This document shows, piece by piece, positions 30,140-45,952 of a stretch of DNA of 64,000 nucleotides. Both the position numbers and the translations under genes were made by a program. How positions within the stretch are numbered: the first letter of the stretch is position 1; the number at the start of each line of letters is the position of its first letter. The DNA comes from the human T2T-CHM13v2.0 reference genome, Homo sapiens: NCBI RefSeq assembly GCF_009914755.1, contig NC_060939.1; one strand, given 5' to 3'. The notes below the pieces were generated by a model. That model did no database searches. It was not told where the DNA came from and saw only the letters and a list, made by a program, of their open reading frames with translations.

Positions 30140-30189
30140 GAGATATGGGGGTATGCAAAGGTGCAATGGAGCCCATTGAAAGAACCACC

Positions 30190-31086
30190 CAGGGTCAAAG
30201 CAGGAACAATTTGAACAAATAAATCAACAAAGTTGCAATGGATTATAACCCAAAGCATACAATAAATACCCGTGAGTCCATACCATATAAATACCTGACT
30301 GAATAAATTAACACATTTATTAACAATTTAATAAATTTAAGAATGTGCAAGAGACAAATTCCCCATGCAGACGAATTCTACAGAACCTCTGTGGATACTC
30401 CATTCTCTAAGAGGTAGAGCATGATTCCCCACCTCGCAAGTGTGAGCTGTGTATGGGGGCTTCCTCCCAATGCATACCGCCTGGAAAGAGGGGCTAAAAG
30501 GAGTGACTTGACAGAGGAGGAACCTGACACACATTCCCTCAGCCAGACGCTCCAGGCCAGCATCCACAGTGATCAATCATGCTAATAGCATGCAGCTTCA
30601 TTGCAACAGGATGAAAATGACACTTTACCTCTGCCATCTTCCTCGAAAAAACCCATAACCCCAGTACAAGCAGGAGTAAAACATCAAATACATTCCACCA
30701 GAAGGGTGGCCTACGAAATACCTGACCAGCAATCCTCAAAACTGTCAAAGTCTTCAAAAACAAGGCAAGTCTGAGAAGCTGTCACTGCCACAAGTCACCC
30801 AAGGACACCAGACGACCCAGTGTAATGTGGGATCCTGGATGGGATCCTGGAACATGAAAAGGACGTTAGGTAAAAACAAAGGAAATCTGAATAAACGGTG
30901 TGCTTCAGTTAATAATGATGTATCAATAGAACTGCATTAATTCTAACAAATGTACCATACTGGTATGTAAGATGTTAACAAGAGAAATTTGGTGAGAACA
31001 CAAAGCAAGGTATATAGGAGTTGTCTTATCTGCTCAATTTTTCTGGAAATTTAAAACTGTTCTAAAAAACAACATCCATTAATTAA
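30190..31086 (+). mobile_element. L1MC/L1MD 3' UTR
   Basis: GGATTATAACCCAAAG, CACTTTACCTCTG..TCTTCCTC..AAAACCCATAACCCCAGT, TGTAATGTGGGATCCTGGATGGGATCCTGGAAC, TAAAACTGTTCTAAAA. Confidence 0.8.
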
Positions 31087-32162
31087 AAGAAGAAGGAGGA
31101 GGCGAAGGAGGGTTCATTCTTTCTTTTGACATGTCTCAATAAAGGGCTGGCCTGAGGGAGGCCGTGGACAACATGCCAGGTGAGGTGGGCTCAGACGAGG
31201 GAAGATGGGGTATCGTTATACACCTTATACACACCAAAGTTGTGGAAAGGTGGGCAGACCTCTGAGGGGAGCCAGGGAAAGGAGGCTGTGTCAGTGACCC
31301 AAGTCCACAGACTGTTTGTTTGCCTCATGTTCAACATCAACATACAAGGCGAAGCGTTTGGGGGTCGTTAAACGTAATTCAGCAAAGGAGGAAAATGTCT
31401 ATGCCATTAATAACCATAATGCTCTTCTAAGGAAGGGACATCCTGTCCTATAAAGATCCTTTTGTTCAGCCAAGCACCTCCATGGATTCAGATATGCCTG
31501 GAGCCAAATTTGGAAGATAACAGGAGAGATTGGAAGAGAAGAGAGAGGAAAAATCTTGCAAAGTGGCAGAAGGCTGGGGGCTCCACAGATCAAGGGCAGT
31601 GAGAAGCCCTCCTGGGAGACTGGCTGAAAGGGTTTCTGCAACAGGACTCAAAGTGGTGGCTTTAAGTCGTTTGTGCTCAGTTCCATCACGTGAACTTACT
31701 TGGTGGCCCACAACTCATCAGTACACATTCTGCTGACATGACAGCCCAGGGCATCCCCATTTGCTGGGTTGGGAAGGGAAACAAGGCAAAGAGTTTATTT
31801 TGGTGCCTACTGGGGTAGAGATAAAGAAGCAACTGCAGGACACAGAGCAGGAAACAATAATTCAGTAGGTGAATTCACAGAAACTGGCTATTTGGTGAAC
31901 GGAGATCCCCTGGGGGCCCTCTGGTACATCTTCGGAGAGAGTTGAGCCTTCCGTGTATCCTTCCTGGGAGGGTTTGCGTCGATCGAATAGAGAGCAGAGG
32001 CCAGGAGATACCAGCTGATCTGGGCTGGAGGACTCCAACTCAGTGCAAGGGGGACTGGGTCCATGTGGTCAGCATGGCTGGGTATTCTATGTTCATATGG
32101 GCCTGTGGCTTCTCTGGAGAAGATAGGAGCCTGGAACTTGCAAACACACAGCTCTCAGAACA

Positions 32163-32657
<495 letters not shown>

Positions 32658-33992
32658 TTAACACCCCCTAGAAAACATCTGTTTTTCTTCTTTCTGGCTG
32701 ATTTTTGAAAATGGAAATCACTAAGTAGCTAAACTGATCGTGTGTGTTGTGTGTGTGTTGTGTGTGTGTTGGCGGGGTGGGGAGTAGGAGAGGAGGGAGG
32801 TACCCAAGAACGACTCAATTTAAAATCCCCACCACCACCTGCACCACACTGATAACGGGCACAGGTTAGGCTTTCAGTAACTGGTGGCTATTGTTGCTGT
32901 TGTTAGGAGCCACTGGAGGGTTGGGATGGGAGATGGCAGGGGACAAACGCCAATGCTTCCATGTCGAAAGGTTTATCAGATGGGCAGCAAGAAGGACGGC
33001 AGAGAGCTCTGGGAAAGAAGGGGCCCTAGAGAATCAACAGTGGTTCAGAGGGGGTGGCGACAAGTCAAGGAGGTGGAGGAGGATCCAGGGCAGATAGGAG
33101 TGAAGATGAGATGGAAATGAGAGAGAGCCATGATTAGCGGACAGGGTCTCCAGGCAGCTGAGAAAGGGAGCATTTGTGCTGTTTGGTGCCAACCACAAAG
33201 CACAGGTGTGGTCTTACCAGCACCCAAAACAGCCCCTCGGGTCAGCACTTGGGTCACACTTCCTGAGGTTCAAAGCCCTTTTCATAGACTCTTCCCCTCC
33301 ATGTACCTCTCTGTGCCTAATGACTTTTTACACATGTGGCTGCTAAGCCAGCCCCTGTCCTGGCCTGGATGCGGTTGTCAGCCTCATGGCAGCGCTCAGG
33401 CCCACCAAGGTATTTTCTAGATCCTAGCTCTGTCTTTCTGTATCTCATCCATCCAGCCCTCAGGGAATCTGTGAACTCTGTCCGCTGACAGTCAAAGAGC
33501 ACCTCGTTCTCTGCAATGAGTTATTTTAAAAGATCCCCCAACTTTCAACTCCCAAGCAAAGAGGAGCCTGCCCTCCCAGGCTCATGTTGCTACTGTTCCC
33601 GAGACTGTGTGTTGCTGGGGTCAACTGCTGGTACCTGTCAGCTTGGTCCCCCTGCTCTGGGCCCGCCTCACTCAATAAAGCTGGCTCCGGCAATCTTTTT
33701 CCATAGGGGCTGCAGCTGAGTGCTCTCCACCAACCCAGCAATCAACATCCTCACGACTCTTTCCAGGCCTTTCTTCCCTTTTCCATCCCAAAAATGAAAA
33801 GCCCTAATGGATCTTCTGGAAATTTTTTGGCTAGAGAGCTCTGCTTCCCACTTGTCCCCTGCAGAAGAAAAAAAAAAAAGCAACCCCATTAACCTTTGGG
33901 GTCAAATTGTCAGTAAGGAAAGCTCAGGCATTAGAAATACAGTGCTAGTCTCCTCCTGGCTGCAATATGTGATATCTAATATGTATCACATA

Positions 33993-34301
<309 letters not shown>

Positions 34302-34356
<55 letters not shown>
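34302..34356. repeat. (AT)n(GT)n compound microsatellite on an Alu tail
   Basis: Read directly; a further (TG)n at about 34427-34444. Confidence 0.92.
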
Positions 34357-35555
34357 ATGGATATGTAGTAATATCCGATATAATATGTAGCATATGATGT
34401 ATAATACGTAACATATAATATGTAACTGTGTGTGTGTGTGTGTGCATCCGAGGAACTGGCATATACTAGGTTCTCAACAAATGTAACAAGAGTTATTTTT
34501 TAATTCAATCGAATATACTATACCACTTTTCTTTACAATAAAATTTTTCTACAACAAGAGAAATTCCAGCTCCCTGGCAGATCTATTATTATGCACTTTA
34601 CTCATTGTGAGGAGTTCTTAAGTTCTAATGAGGTAAGGAAGTTCTACTTTAGTGAAAGAATGAAACTTCCTTACTGTTCACTAACCTACGTCTCAATTAC
34701 CTCCCAACATGTTTGCAGCAAGTACCCTGTCGATGGTAGGCAAGAGGAAGGTGTGACCCACAAAGATCAAGGAATCTAAGCCGGCCAAGGTTTGCTTTTT
34801 TATAGCTCAACCTTCCCAACATTTAAAAGGAAGGCAAGTGGGGTCTAACCCATAGCCCACGCTGTTGGTCCTGCTCTTTGTTAGAGAATCAGTCTCACGT
34901 CCTCAATACCCTCTGTACTTTTCCAAAACCACCACCACCTGAATATATTTTTTTAGAACTTTTCTAACATTGAGCAATGGGGACACTGGGTATTGTCAGT
35001 TTTCTTAGATTTCAAAGGAAACTTTCAAGACATTCTCACAAGCGAAAAAGGGGAGGACGTGGAGGAGGTCAATGTGATTTCAATTCCATGGTTAGAAAAA
35101 TTACGAAAGAGATAAGAACATAAAGGATACAGTTCTGACCATGGAGTGTCCTTCAGTCCTAATGATGGCGATGGAGGGTGGCATGGGAGTGGAATTGTCC
35201 ATGGAAACACAGAGATTCTCAAGAGCATGGAGTAAGGGGCGGTGCCAGGACATCCAATCCAAGTTGCAATCTATAAGCCCGAAGCCTCGAGTCCCCTTTC
35301 CTTCAGTACCCAGATGTTCACAGGGATGTAATAGGAATGGTTCCATAATCCATGCTGGGAATACTAGGGGAAAATGCCCCAACTTCTTTGAAAACCCAAG
35401 GAGTGTCAGTCAGCAGGAACGGGTGCCAAAGAGTTGAAGAGAAAGATCCCCTACCCACCTGCCATTCTTCACTTTGGAAGGCCGATCCTGCCAGGAAGGA
35501 AGGGAAAGGACCCAGCCGAGTCCTTCTCCTGATCTTGACTCAAAAAATAAATGGA

Positions 35556-35714
35556 GGTTGGGCACAGAGGCTCACGCCTGTAATCCCAGCACTTTGGGAG
35601 GCTGAGGCAGGCAGATCACCTGAGGTCAGGAATTCGAGACCAGCCTGGCTGTCTCTACTAAAAATACAAAAATTAGCCGGGTGTGATGGTACAAGTCAAA
35701 AAAAAAAAAAAAAA
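35556..35714 (+). mobile_element. Internally deleted AluS
   Basis: Left arm, linker, about 20 bp of right arm, then poly(A); flanks AAATGG. Confidence 0.85.
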
Positions 35715-35779
35715 GAAATGGGATCCTGGAATCCTGAGTGGGGAGCAAATCTTAAACTCATGTTGCCTCCAATTGGTGC

Positions 35780-36330
35780 TTTGTAATCTGCTTTTGTAGC
35801 ACGCATCATTGAGAACATCTCCCTATGTCCATAAATGTACGTCTACAACATGATTTTTAATTGTATGAATGTGCCATATTTTATTTAATCATTCCGCTAA
35901 TACCAGACACAGATTTCCTCCTAATTTTTCACTATAATATATAGTGCTGCCAAAAGTCTGACAAAAATATCTTTGCCCATTTGTCTGATTAATTCCTTAA
36001 AAAAAACTACAAATGGAATTACTAGATAGGCACATTGATAAGACTACATTTAAAGGACCGTATTGCTAAATTTCCCTCCAGAAAAGGCGTAGCATCTTAC
36101 AATTGCATCAGTGACATAGGAGAATGCCTGTTCTCCTCACATTCACTGAATGGGACTTGCCACTTAAGATAAAAATGCTTGCCCAAGTTTTTCAAAGTGT
36201 ATATGCATATGTCCTTTGATATACGAACTGCTCTTTTAGGAGAGTACCCTAAGGAAACATTCATATGAGTTTACAAAGATATATGAACAAAGGCATGTAA
36301 TGCAACAATGTGGTGAATAACTAGCCAGTT
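35780..36330. mobile_element. L1ME fragments in opposite orientation (minus to about 36170, then plus)
   Basis: AATGGAATTACTAGAT...GAGAATGCCTGTTCTCCTCAC (minus); CTTTTAGGAGAGTACCCTAAGGAAA...CAAAGATATATG (plus). Confidence 0.5.
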
Positions 36331-36474
36331 TCTGCTATAGAGTCCCTTTGGCTGCTGGCTAAGAGATATCCCATCTAAATCCTGTTACCTTGTCTTTATC
36401 AAGGATAGCACTAGTTTTCCCACTTCTTCATATTAGTATCGTTAGTGTCATTATTATTAGTATGTAGGTCTTAA

Positions 36475-36958
<484 letters not shown>

Positions 36959-37658
36959 GCAAATCAATCTTTCTTAAAAGCTGCTTGTAACACATCACAT
37001 CTTGGCTCAAAAACTTTTAGAGATTCCCTATTTTTCACCATATGAAGTCACTGACCTGGTTCTCCATTAACATTACTCGGCTCTCTCTCCCTAACCCTTC
37101 CCCAGCCCTCCTTCCTCAGGCCCCAAGATTAGCATCTAAGAAGCCAGCATCCAATCTGTTAGCAAACAAACCACACCTGTGAACAACCTTGGCTCTCCCT
37201 CTCTCCCCGTCTCGTTTCCTCCCACCTCCACTCCTGGCCCTAGCCATTCTGGAAAGACCTGGAATACTTAGAGCATCTGAAGATCTGAAATGCAGGAAGG
37301 GAAGGCACTATGAAAAGCAGACATCCAATTCTGGGTGAGGCTTGACCTCCCTATCCTTGGTGCCCAAAGTTATCTTCATCCACTCAGCGTAGTTTCAGAT
37401 TTCATTTCCTCACTCTGATAGTCCACCCAATTAGAAATTCATGTAGATGGGTCACAAATGTTCTTTTACATGTAAATACTTTCCAGAGGGTTAAGGTATG
37501 AAGAACTGAGAATGAAGCTCTTAGCTCAATCAGAGCTGACTTCAAACTCTAAGCAGCTATCCTGTGGACTTGGGGACTGGTGAGGGTACGCTGGGGTGCA
37601 TGGTGGGCGAACAGTAAGGTTGCCTTTGCACAGCATGGAAGACCTAAGGGATATGATA

Positions 37659-37720
37659 GGGTGGGGGAGAGGAAGGGGCCCCCCAAAAGGGGTGGGGGAG
37701 GGGAAGGAGCCCCCCAAAAG
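37659..37720. repeat. 31-bp G-rich tandem duplication (2 copies)
   Basis: GGGTGGGGGAG(A/G)GGAAGG(G/A)GCCCCCCAAAAG x2, 2 mismatches. Confidence 0.9.
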
Positions 37721-38905
37721 AAAGCATAGAAAGCAAAGCAAAAGGATGCCAAAACTTATTTTGCTTACATCAAAATTTCACTTTACAGGTTAAGCATGAA
37801 TCGAGGAAAGGAAACAGAAATCCTCTTCCTAGTCCTCTTTCCTCTGTTTTCTCCTCTGGGTACCAGAATTGCGACAGAGTGGGACAGCTCAGGCAGCTGC
37901 AGGTCTTGGCCAGTGCTCTTCCTCACCCAGGCCATGCAGCATCAACACAGTCACCGTAGAACTCCTCTTAAGACAAGCAAAGGAACTTTCCAACCCAGTT
38001 GAGTGCACTTTTCCCAAGTGTGTGGTAAAAAGTTAAATGACACTTTGTGAAAGGGATCCTTAAGCTACAAAAACATTTTCCCCCATCACACTAAGCACTT
38101 GGTTTTGTCCTTGTAGTTGCAAAAGGGGCTGGAGTCATTTGATGAATTCTGAATGTTGTAAGGCTGCTTTTCTGGAAGGGTAAACAGGGAACCTTTTAGA
38201 TGCCAAGACCTTTTAGAATAACGACCCTTCAGAGGAAACTGAAGTGCAAAGGATTGAAGTAACCTTCCAGAAGGTACACAGCTGGTGAGACAAAGCCTGG
38301 ACTGGGTCCCAAGCCTGCCTGACTCCGGACTCCCACACCCCACAGTGATACCAGAATCACCCTGAAAATGGGAAACACGCTGCAGCTGCTGTCCTGATTC
38401 CAGCCTCTGACCAGGAGAGCTGGATTGACCAGGAAGCCAATGAAGCTAAGTTTCAGGGCCCCCTGTCTGCCTAAGGCCTCTCCCAAGGCCCTGCACCAAA
38501 GTTTCTATTTGTGACTTTGTTTTCTTAGAAAAAACTCCTCAATTATGTGAATTCACCTCTGCTGACAAGTAACTCCTTAGAGGACGTGAGTTTTAGAAGG
38601 ACAAGCTCCAAAAGCATCTCTAGATAGCCTCCAGAACCCTGCTGGTGTGACTCTTTTTGGAACTAGGTACAGAAAACCCCAGGCAGATGGACTGGCCTTT
38701 GGGGATTAAGGGAGATGTTCCAGAGCAGCTCAAATGATCTCTGGTGCCTGACTTTTGAACATCCAGTTTATAAACAAATCCAAAGTGGTTTCTTTCCTGT
38801 CTTCATTTGGGACCTTCTGTAGACTCCAAATCCCATTTGCATGACCCAGGCCCATCGATAACCTCCTCCCATTCAGTCCATTCTCTTGTGGGACTAGAAG
38901 CCTAA

Positions 38906-39705
<800 letters not shown>

Positions 39706-39842
39706 TGGGGCGGGGGGGTGGGGGATCCCCAGACAGCAGTCTGGCAGAGGGTAGAATATGAAGGGACTTTTACACCACGTTCAGGGGGGGTGTCAACTTT
39801 ATCCCCCAAAATGAGGAGCAGCTTAAGCAAGGGAATGATATA

Positions 39843-40521
39843 AAGTAGTCCTCCCTTATCTGTGGTTTCAGTTACCCATGGTTCAGTGAGGTCCAACAAT
39901 ATTCAGTGAAAAATTCCATAAATAAACAACTTATACGTTTTGAATTGCATGCCGTTCTTAGTAGTGTGATGAAATCTCGCGCCACCCAGCTCCATCCTGC
40001 CCGGGATGTGAATCATCCTTTTGTCCATCGTATTCCTGCTGTAGACATGACTCAACCCACCCATCACTTAGCAGCCGTCTGGGTTATCAGATTGACTGTC
40101 ATAGCGGCACAGTGCTTGTGTTCAAGCAACCCTTATTTTACTTCCCGATGGCCCCAAAGTGCAAGAGTAGCGACGCTGGTGATTCCGACATGCCAGAAAG
40201 AGGCTGCAAAGTGCTTCCTGTAAGCGAAAAGCTGAAAGTTCTCAATGTAATAAGGAAAGAAAAAGAAATCATATGCTGAGGTTGCTAAGATCTATGGTAA
40301 GAATGAATCTTCTGTTTGTGAAATCGTGGACAGTGTATTGTGTTACTTGTTCTGTTTTGGTGTTAGTTGTTGTTGTTACTCTCTTACTGTGCCTAATTTA
40401 TAAATTAAACTTTATCCTAGGTAGGTTTGTATGTATAGGAAAAAACATGGTGTACGTAGGGTTCAGGACATCCACTGGGGGGTCTTGGAATGTATCCTCT
40501 GTGGATAAGGGAAGACTATTG
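39843..40521 (+). mobile_element. MER44 (Tigger7-derived TcMar element) with a transposase N-terminal remnant
   Basis: TIRs AGTAGTCCTCCCTTATCTGTGG / CTGTGGATAAGGGAAGACTATTG with TA flanks; ATG at 40148 gives MAPKCKSSDAG...EKLKVLNVIRKEK, then frameshifted YAEVAKIYGKNESS. Confidence 0.85.
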
Positions 40522-41985
40522 TACTATTTTATTTCTCATTTGAGAAGACCACTCTGGCTACAGAATGGAGACTGTGGTTCAGTAAAGAACGTGGCCATGC
40601 CCTGCACCATGATAATGCTGGCCTACATCCAGGCAGAGGCAAGGTGATGGGAAAAGTGGATGGATTGGAGCACACTCTCACCACCGTGACCCCTGGAGTT
40701 TTTTGTGTTGAGAGGGATTCCAGGAACCAGTGTGTGGCTGGAGGGTGGCCAGTGGGGGAATTTCCACCTGCCGTCTCTACCTTCCCCTTCTCCCTTTAAC
40801 CCGGGTGGCTCTACTTTGATATGTTCTGTGTGTTAGGGTACCACGCAAGTTTCTGTTTGAGAAGGAAAAGCCTATTTCTAAAAATAAGTTTGGAAAAACT
40901 ATTGGTCTGGGGGAATATTCAGGAGATAGACTAGAAAGGACTTGGTGATTGTGCATGAGCAAGGGAGGGGAGGTGGGAAGAATGATAGGGGAGGAAGGGG
41001 TGCCATTCATTGAGTGGGGAAATGCTACAAGAGGATCCAGAATGGTGGGGTCGGGAGGGTGATGTGGAGTCAGTTCCAGACTTTTGCCCTGCGGGACCTC
41101 CAGAGTACACTGCCTGCTGGGCAAGGGGACCAGAGTGGGGAGAGGCCGTGGGGGGTGCTGGGGCAGGAGGATCTTGCGTGCCAGGGGGATGTGTAGTGGT
41201 AAGCTCCCTCCAGGGCCTCCTGAAGAACTCACATTTGGCCCCCAGGAGGAGTGGCCCTTGGACTCTGGCTACCAGAGGCATCCCAGCCAACTGGGAAACT
41301 TCAACAGCTTCAGGTGGATGAGAGAATGTAGTCTCCTTTCCTCTACTACCTCTACCCTCTGTCCTGACCTTGACCACTCAGAGGCAGAGGTGAGCAGAGG
41401 AGGGTAAAAGCAGAACATGCCATCTCCTTCCCCTCCCACCTCCTTCCAGCCTAGGCCAGGCAAAGACCAGGGCAAGGAGATGAGCTCTCCGTTAGATTGG
41501 AAATAAACACTGAAATCTAGACCAGATGTTTTCATACTAACAGGTACTCAGGGAGTTTTGAGATTTTCCAAGATGCCATCGACGAACTGAAAAGTGCTGC
41601 CCAGCTGCAGTGAGGGCTTTTTAAAGGCAGTTTCATGTCTACACCCCACTGAGTTCAGACTGTCCAATGAACCACTGACATTGTTACACGTGCGTGTTGT
41701 GGACAACTTGAGAAAACACTTGTCTGCAGGAAGATGAAATTAAAATCAAGTGTGATCCTACCACCGAAAGATAAGTGTTACTGATATTTTTTGTTAATAA
41801 CATTCCAGTTTTTTATGTAGTTTTGGGGTAGCTTATTATTTTCATGTGATTTCAAACTTGGAGAAAGTTTCCAAGATGAGTCCAAGGAGCTCTCATATGT
41901 TCCTCACCCAGATCCACCAACTGGCCACATTTTGTTCCATTTGCTTTATTATTCCTTCTACCTCTCTCTCTCTAAAGTATTATTA

Positions 41986-42086
41986 TATGTTAAATATATC
42001 TTAATATAATTATAGTTATGTTAAATATATCTTAATATAGTTACAAATAATTATGTTAAATATATCTTAATATAATTATGTTAAAT
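41986..42086. repeat. AT-rich minisatellite, core TATGTTAAATATATCTTAATATA x3 plus a partial copy
   Basis: Identical 23-nt cores at 41986, 42017 and 42052; partial copy at 42077. Confidence 0.9.
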
Positions 42087-42365
42087 GATGTTATGAATAT
42101 TAAAAATTATAATTTAAATAATATTCTAATATAGGCAGACATTTAGTTTCTGAACCATTTGGGACCATGCTGAAAACATCATTTTCCTTTACACCATTTT
42201 CCTTCAGTGCCAGAGGGGAACAGAGCAGTGAGAGGTTGTGGGGGGATCCTGGGCCAGGAGCATCCCCATTTCCTGGAATAAGATAGTTCTCTTAAATAAC
42301 TACAGTACCAACATAGAAATCAGGAAATTTAGCATTGACACTATTAACTAATGCACAGCCCATAA

Positions 42366-42702
<337 letters not shown>

Positions 42703-43056
42703 CCAATAATGTTCTTTATAGCAATTTTATTTCCTGGCTGAGCATCCAGGCCAGCATCCCCCATTGCATTGACTTTTCAGGTCTCTTTAGTCTCCCTTAA
42801 TCTGGAATTGTTCCTCAGTCTTTATCTTCCATGACCTTAGCATTTTTAGAGAATATAGTCCAGTTATTTTACAAGATGCCCCTCAACTGGGGGTTGTCTG
42901 ACATTTCCTCATTATTAGATCCAGGTGTTGCATTTCGGGAATACAAAATCCCCAGAAGTGATGTTGTTTTCTCAGCATGTCATAGCAGGATGCAGATGAA
43001 GCAGGCCTGCCCCACCATGGGTGGTGTTAATGTTCACCACTTGGTTAAGGACAGAA

Positions 43057-43362
<306 letters not shown>

Positions 43363-43482
43363 GAAGGACAGATATTTTTTAAGAAAATTCAGATCACACT
43401 GAATATGCTGTTTTATTAACTCCTTTTTCACTTACACTATTATAAAAATTTGGCTGGTTCTAAATATTCTTCTAAAGCATCA

Positions 43483-43676
43483 TTTTTTTCTTCTTTTTTG
43501 AGACAGAGTGTCTCCCAGGCTAGAGTGAAGATTTCAGCTCAATGCAGCCTGGACCTCCTGGGCTCAAGCGAACCTTCTGGCCTCAGGCCCCCTGAGTAGC
43601 TGGGACTACAGACGTATGCCACCATGCCCTGCTAATTTTTTGTATAGACAGGGTTTCACCATGTTACTCAGGCTGT
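43483..43676 (-). mobile_element. Truncated AluJ
   Basis: Right arm plus part of the left arm. Confidence 0.8.
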
Positions 43677-43812
43677 AGAATCATTTTAATAGCTGCATAA
43701 TTTCCATGATGCACACCGTGTTTACTAATTATAACTCCTATGGTTTTGTCAAATTTCAACATTTTGTCAAGTTTTGCTACCATTAACAATGTCGCACAGA
43801 ACATTTTTATAG

Positions 43813-44193
<381 letters not shown>

Positions 44194-44689
44194 CTGGTTA
44201 TGCATATTTTTAAGGCTAAAAAGTGCCACTAGTAGGGCCCTGCCTCAAAAGCATTTTTCAAATTTCCGCTCCCCATCTTAGTGTGTGCAAGGGCCCATTT
44301 TGCCATCTGCCTCCCTCCAACATAGGGTTTGGTCATTTTCCAAAATCTTTTGTTGCTTTAATTTGTGTTTCTTTAATTAGAAAATTTGACTTTTTTTCCA
44401 TATATTTTGAGCCATTTATGTAACTCCTTTTCTTGAGTTTCCTATTTATATCCTTCGCTTATCTTTCTGTTGAGTTTTCCTCTTTTGTTAAAACATATGT
44501 AGATTTCATGGTTACTACTGTATGAAAACTTTGTAAATTCAGCCGTGAGTTCTTTGCTGACTGAAGAGTTCTGTGCTTTTTGTTTTATTTTGTTTTAATT
44601 TCCAAATAGCATTTCCTTTATTGGATTTGTAATTAATTTTTCAAGTTATGTCTTCTAGAAAAAGAGCAGGACCTGGAAGCAGGAGAGTT

Positions 44690-44925
44690 GAAAGGTCAAG
44701 AGCACATGCTTTGGGGTCAGGCAGACCTGCTGCTGAGTCCTGGCTCTGCTAGGGGACTTTGGTAGGGGCGGGGGGCCCACGTCACTGGGTGTCCGTTTTC
44801 TCATCTGTAAAGTAGGAGATAATAGTAGGGTCCTGGTGAAGACTAAATGAGACACTGTGTGTAAAGGGCCTGCTGCATGGCCCTTAGTCAGCGTTGCTTG
44901 CGACGACGGTTGTTTCGTTATTGTC
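44690..44925 (+). mobile_element. MIR
   Basis: AAGAGCACATGCTTTGGGGTCAGGCAGACCTG...TTTTCTCATCTGTAAAGTAGGAGATAATAGTA. Confidence 0.75.
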
Positions 44926-45487
44926 ACTCAGTCGCCTGAGGGGAACATTCAGAGAGACTTATCGGCAGGACGTGTACAAAGAGGACAGAAGAGCAGATAC
45001 AGCCTCCAAGAATGAGCTGCTGAGGACGAGAGGTGGGTTTCTCAGGGAAGCTTGAGGGTGGGTCAGGTCCGTGGCTTGTTGTGCGGTGTCTAACATTGGC
45101 ATGCTGCAATGATCCTTCTAGACGGTTAGTCACAGGACTGACACTGCTCTCAACCCTGCTAGGCTTGAAGTTAGGGTGTCTGAGTGGATACACAGTTGTC
45201 ATTTTGATGGGTTCACTTTCTATGCTGCACAGATGACATTTTCCTTTGGCGACATTCAACAGCTTCTTAAGGTTCCTAGACGTAGATCTGCAGCTGTGGA
45301 CTTGGAGTTTTAACCTAAGTCAATGAGCACTTATGGGCCTCTAAGTGGGGAATGAACTTGGAAAACACTGAACCTAGTGTGCAGCACATAGTAGGTACTC
45401 ATCTGCAAGCTACCTCCCTTTCTCCCTCCCTCTCTCCCTCCTCGCCCTCTTCCTCAGGGATGCAGCCGATGACCTGAAAGAGCGTGA

Positions 45488-45952
<465 letters not shown>

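Noticed and set aside
39906-40647. 105-aa and 124-aa ORFs
   Set aside because: Off-frame readings of MER44; the true transposase frame is broken
41986-42086. Repeat-spacer pattern resembling a CRISPR array
   Set aside because: Primate DNA; the spacers are 8-12-nt AT-rich derivatives of the repeat; no cas genes
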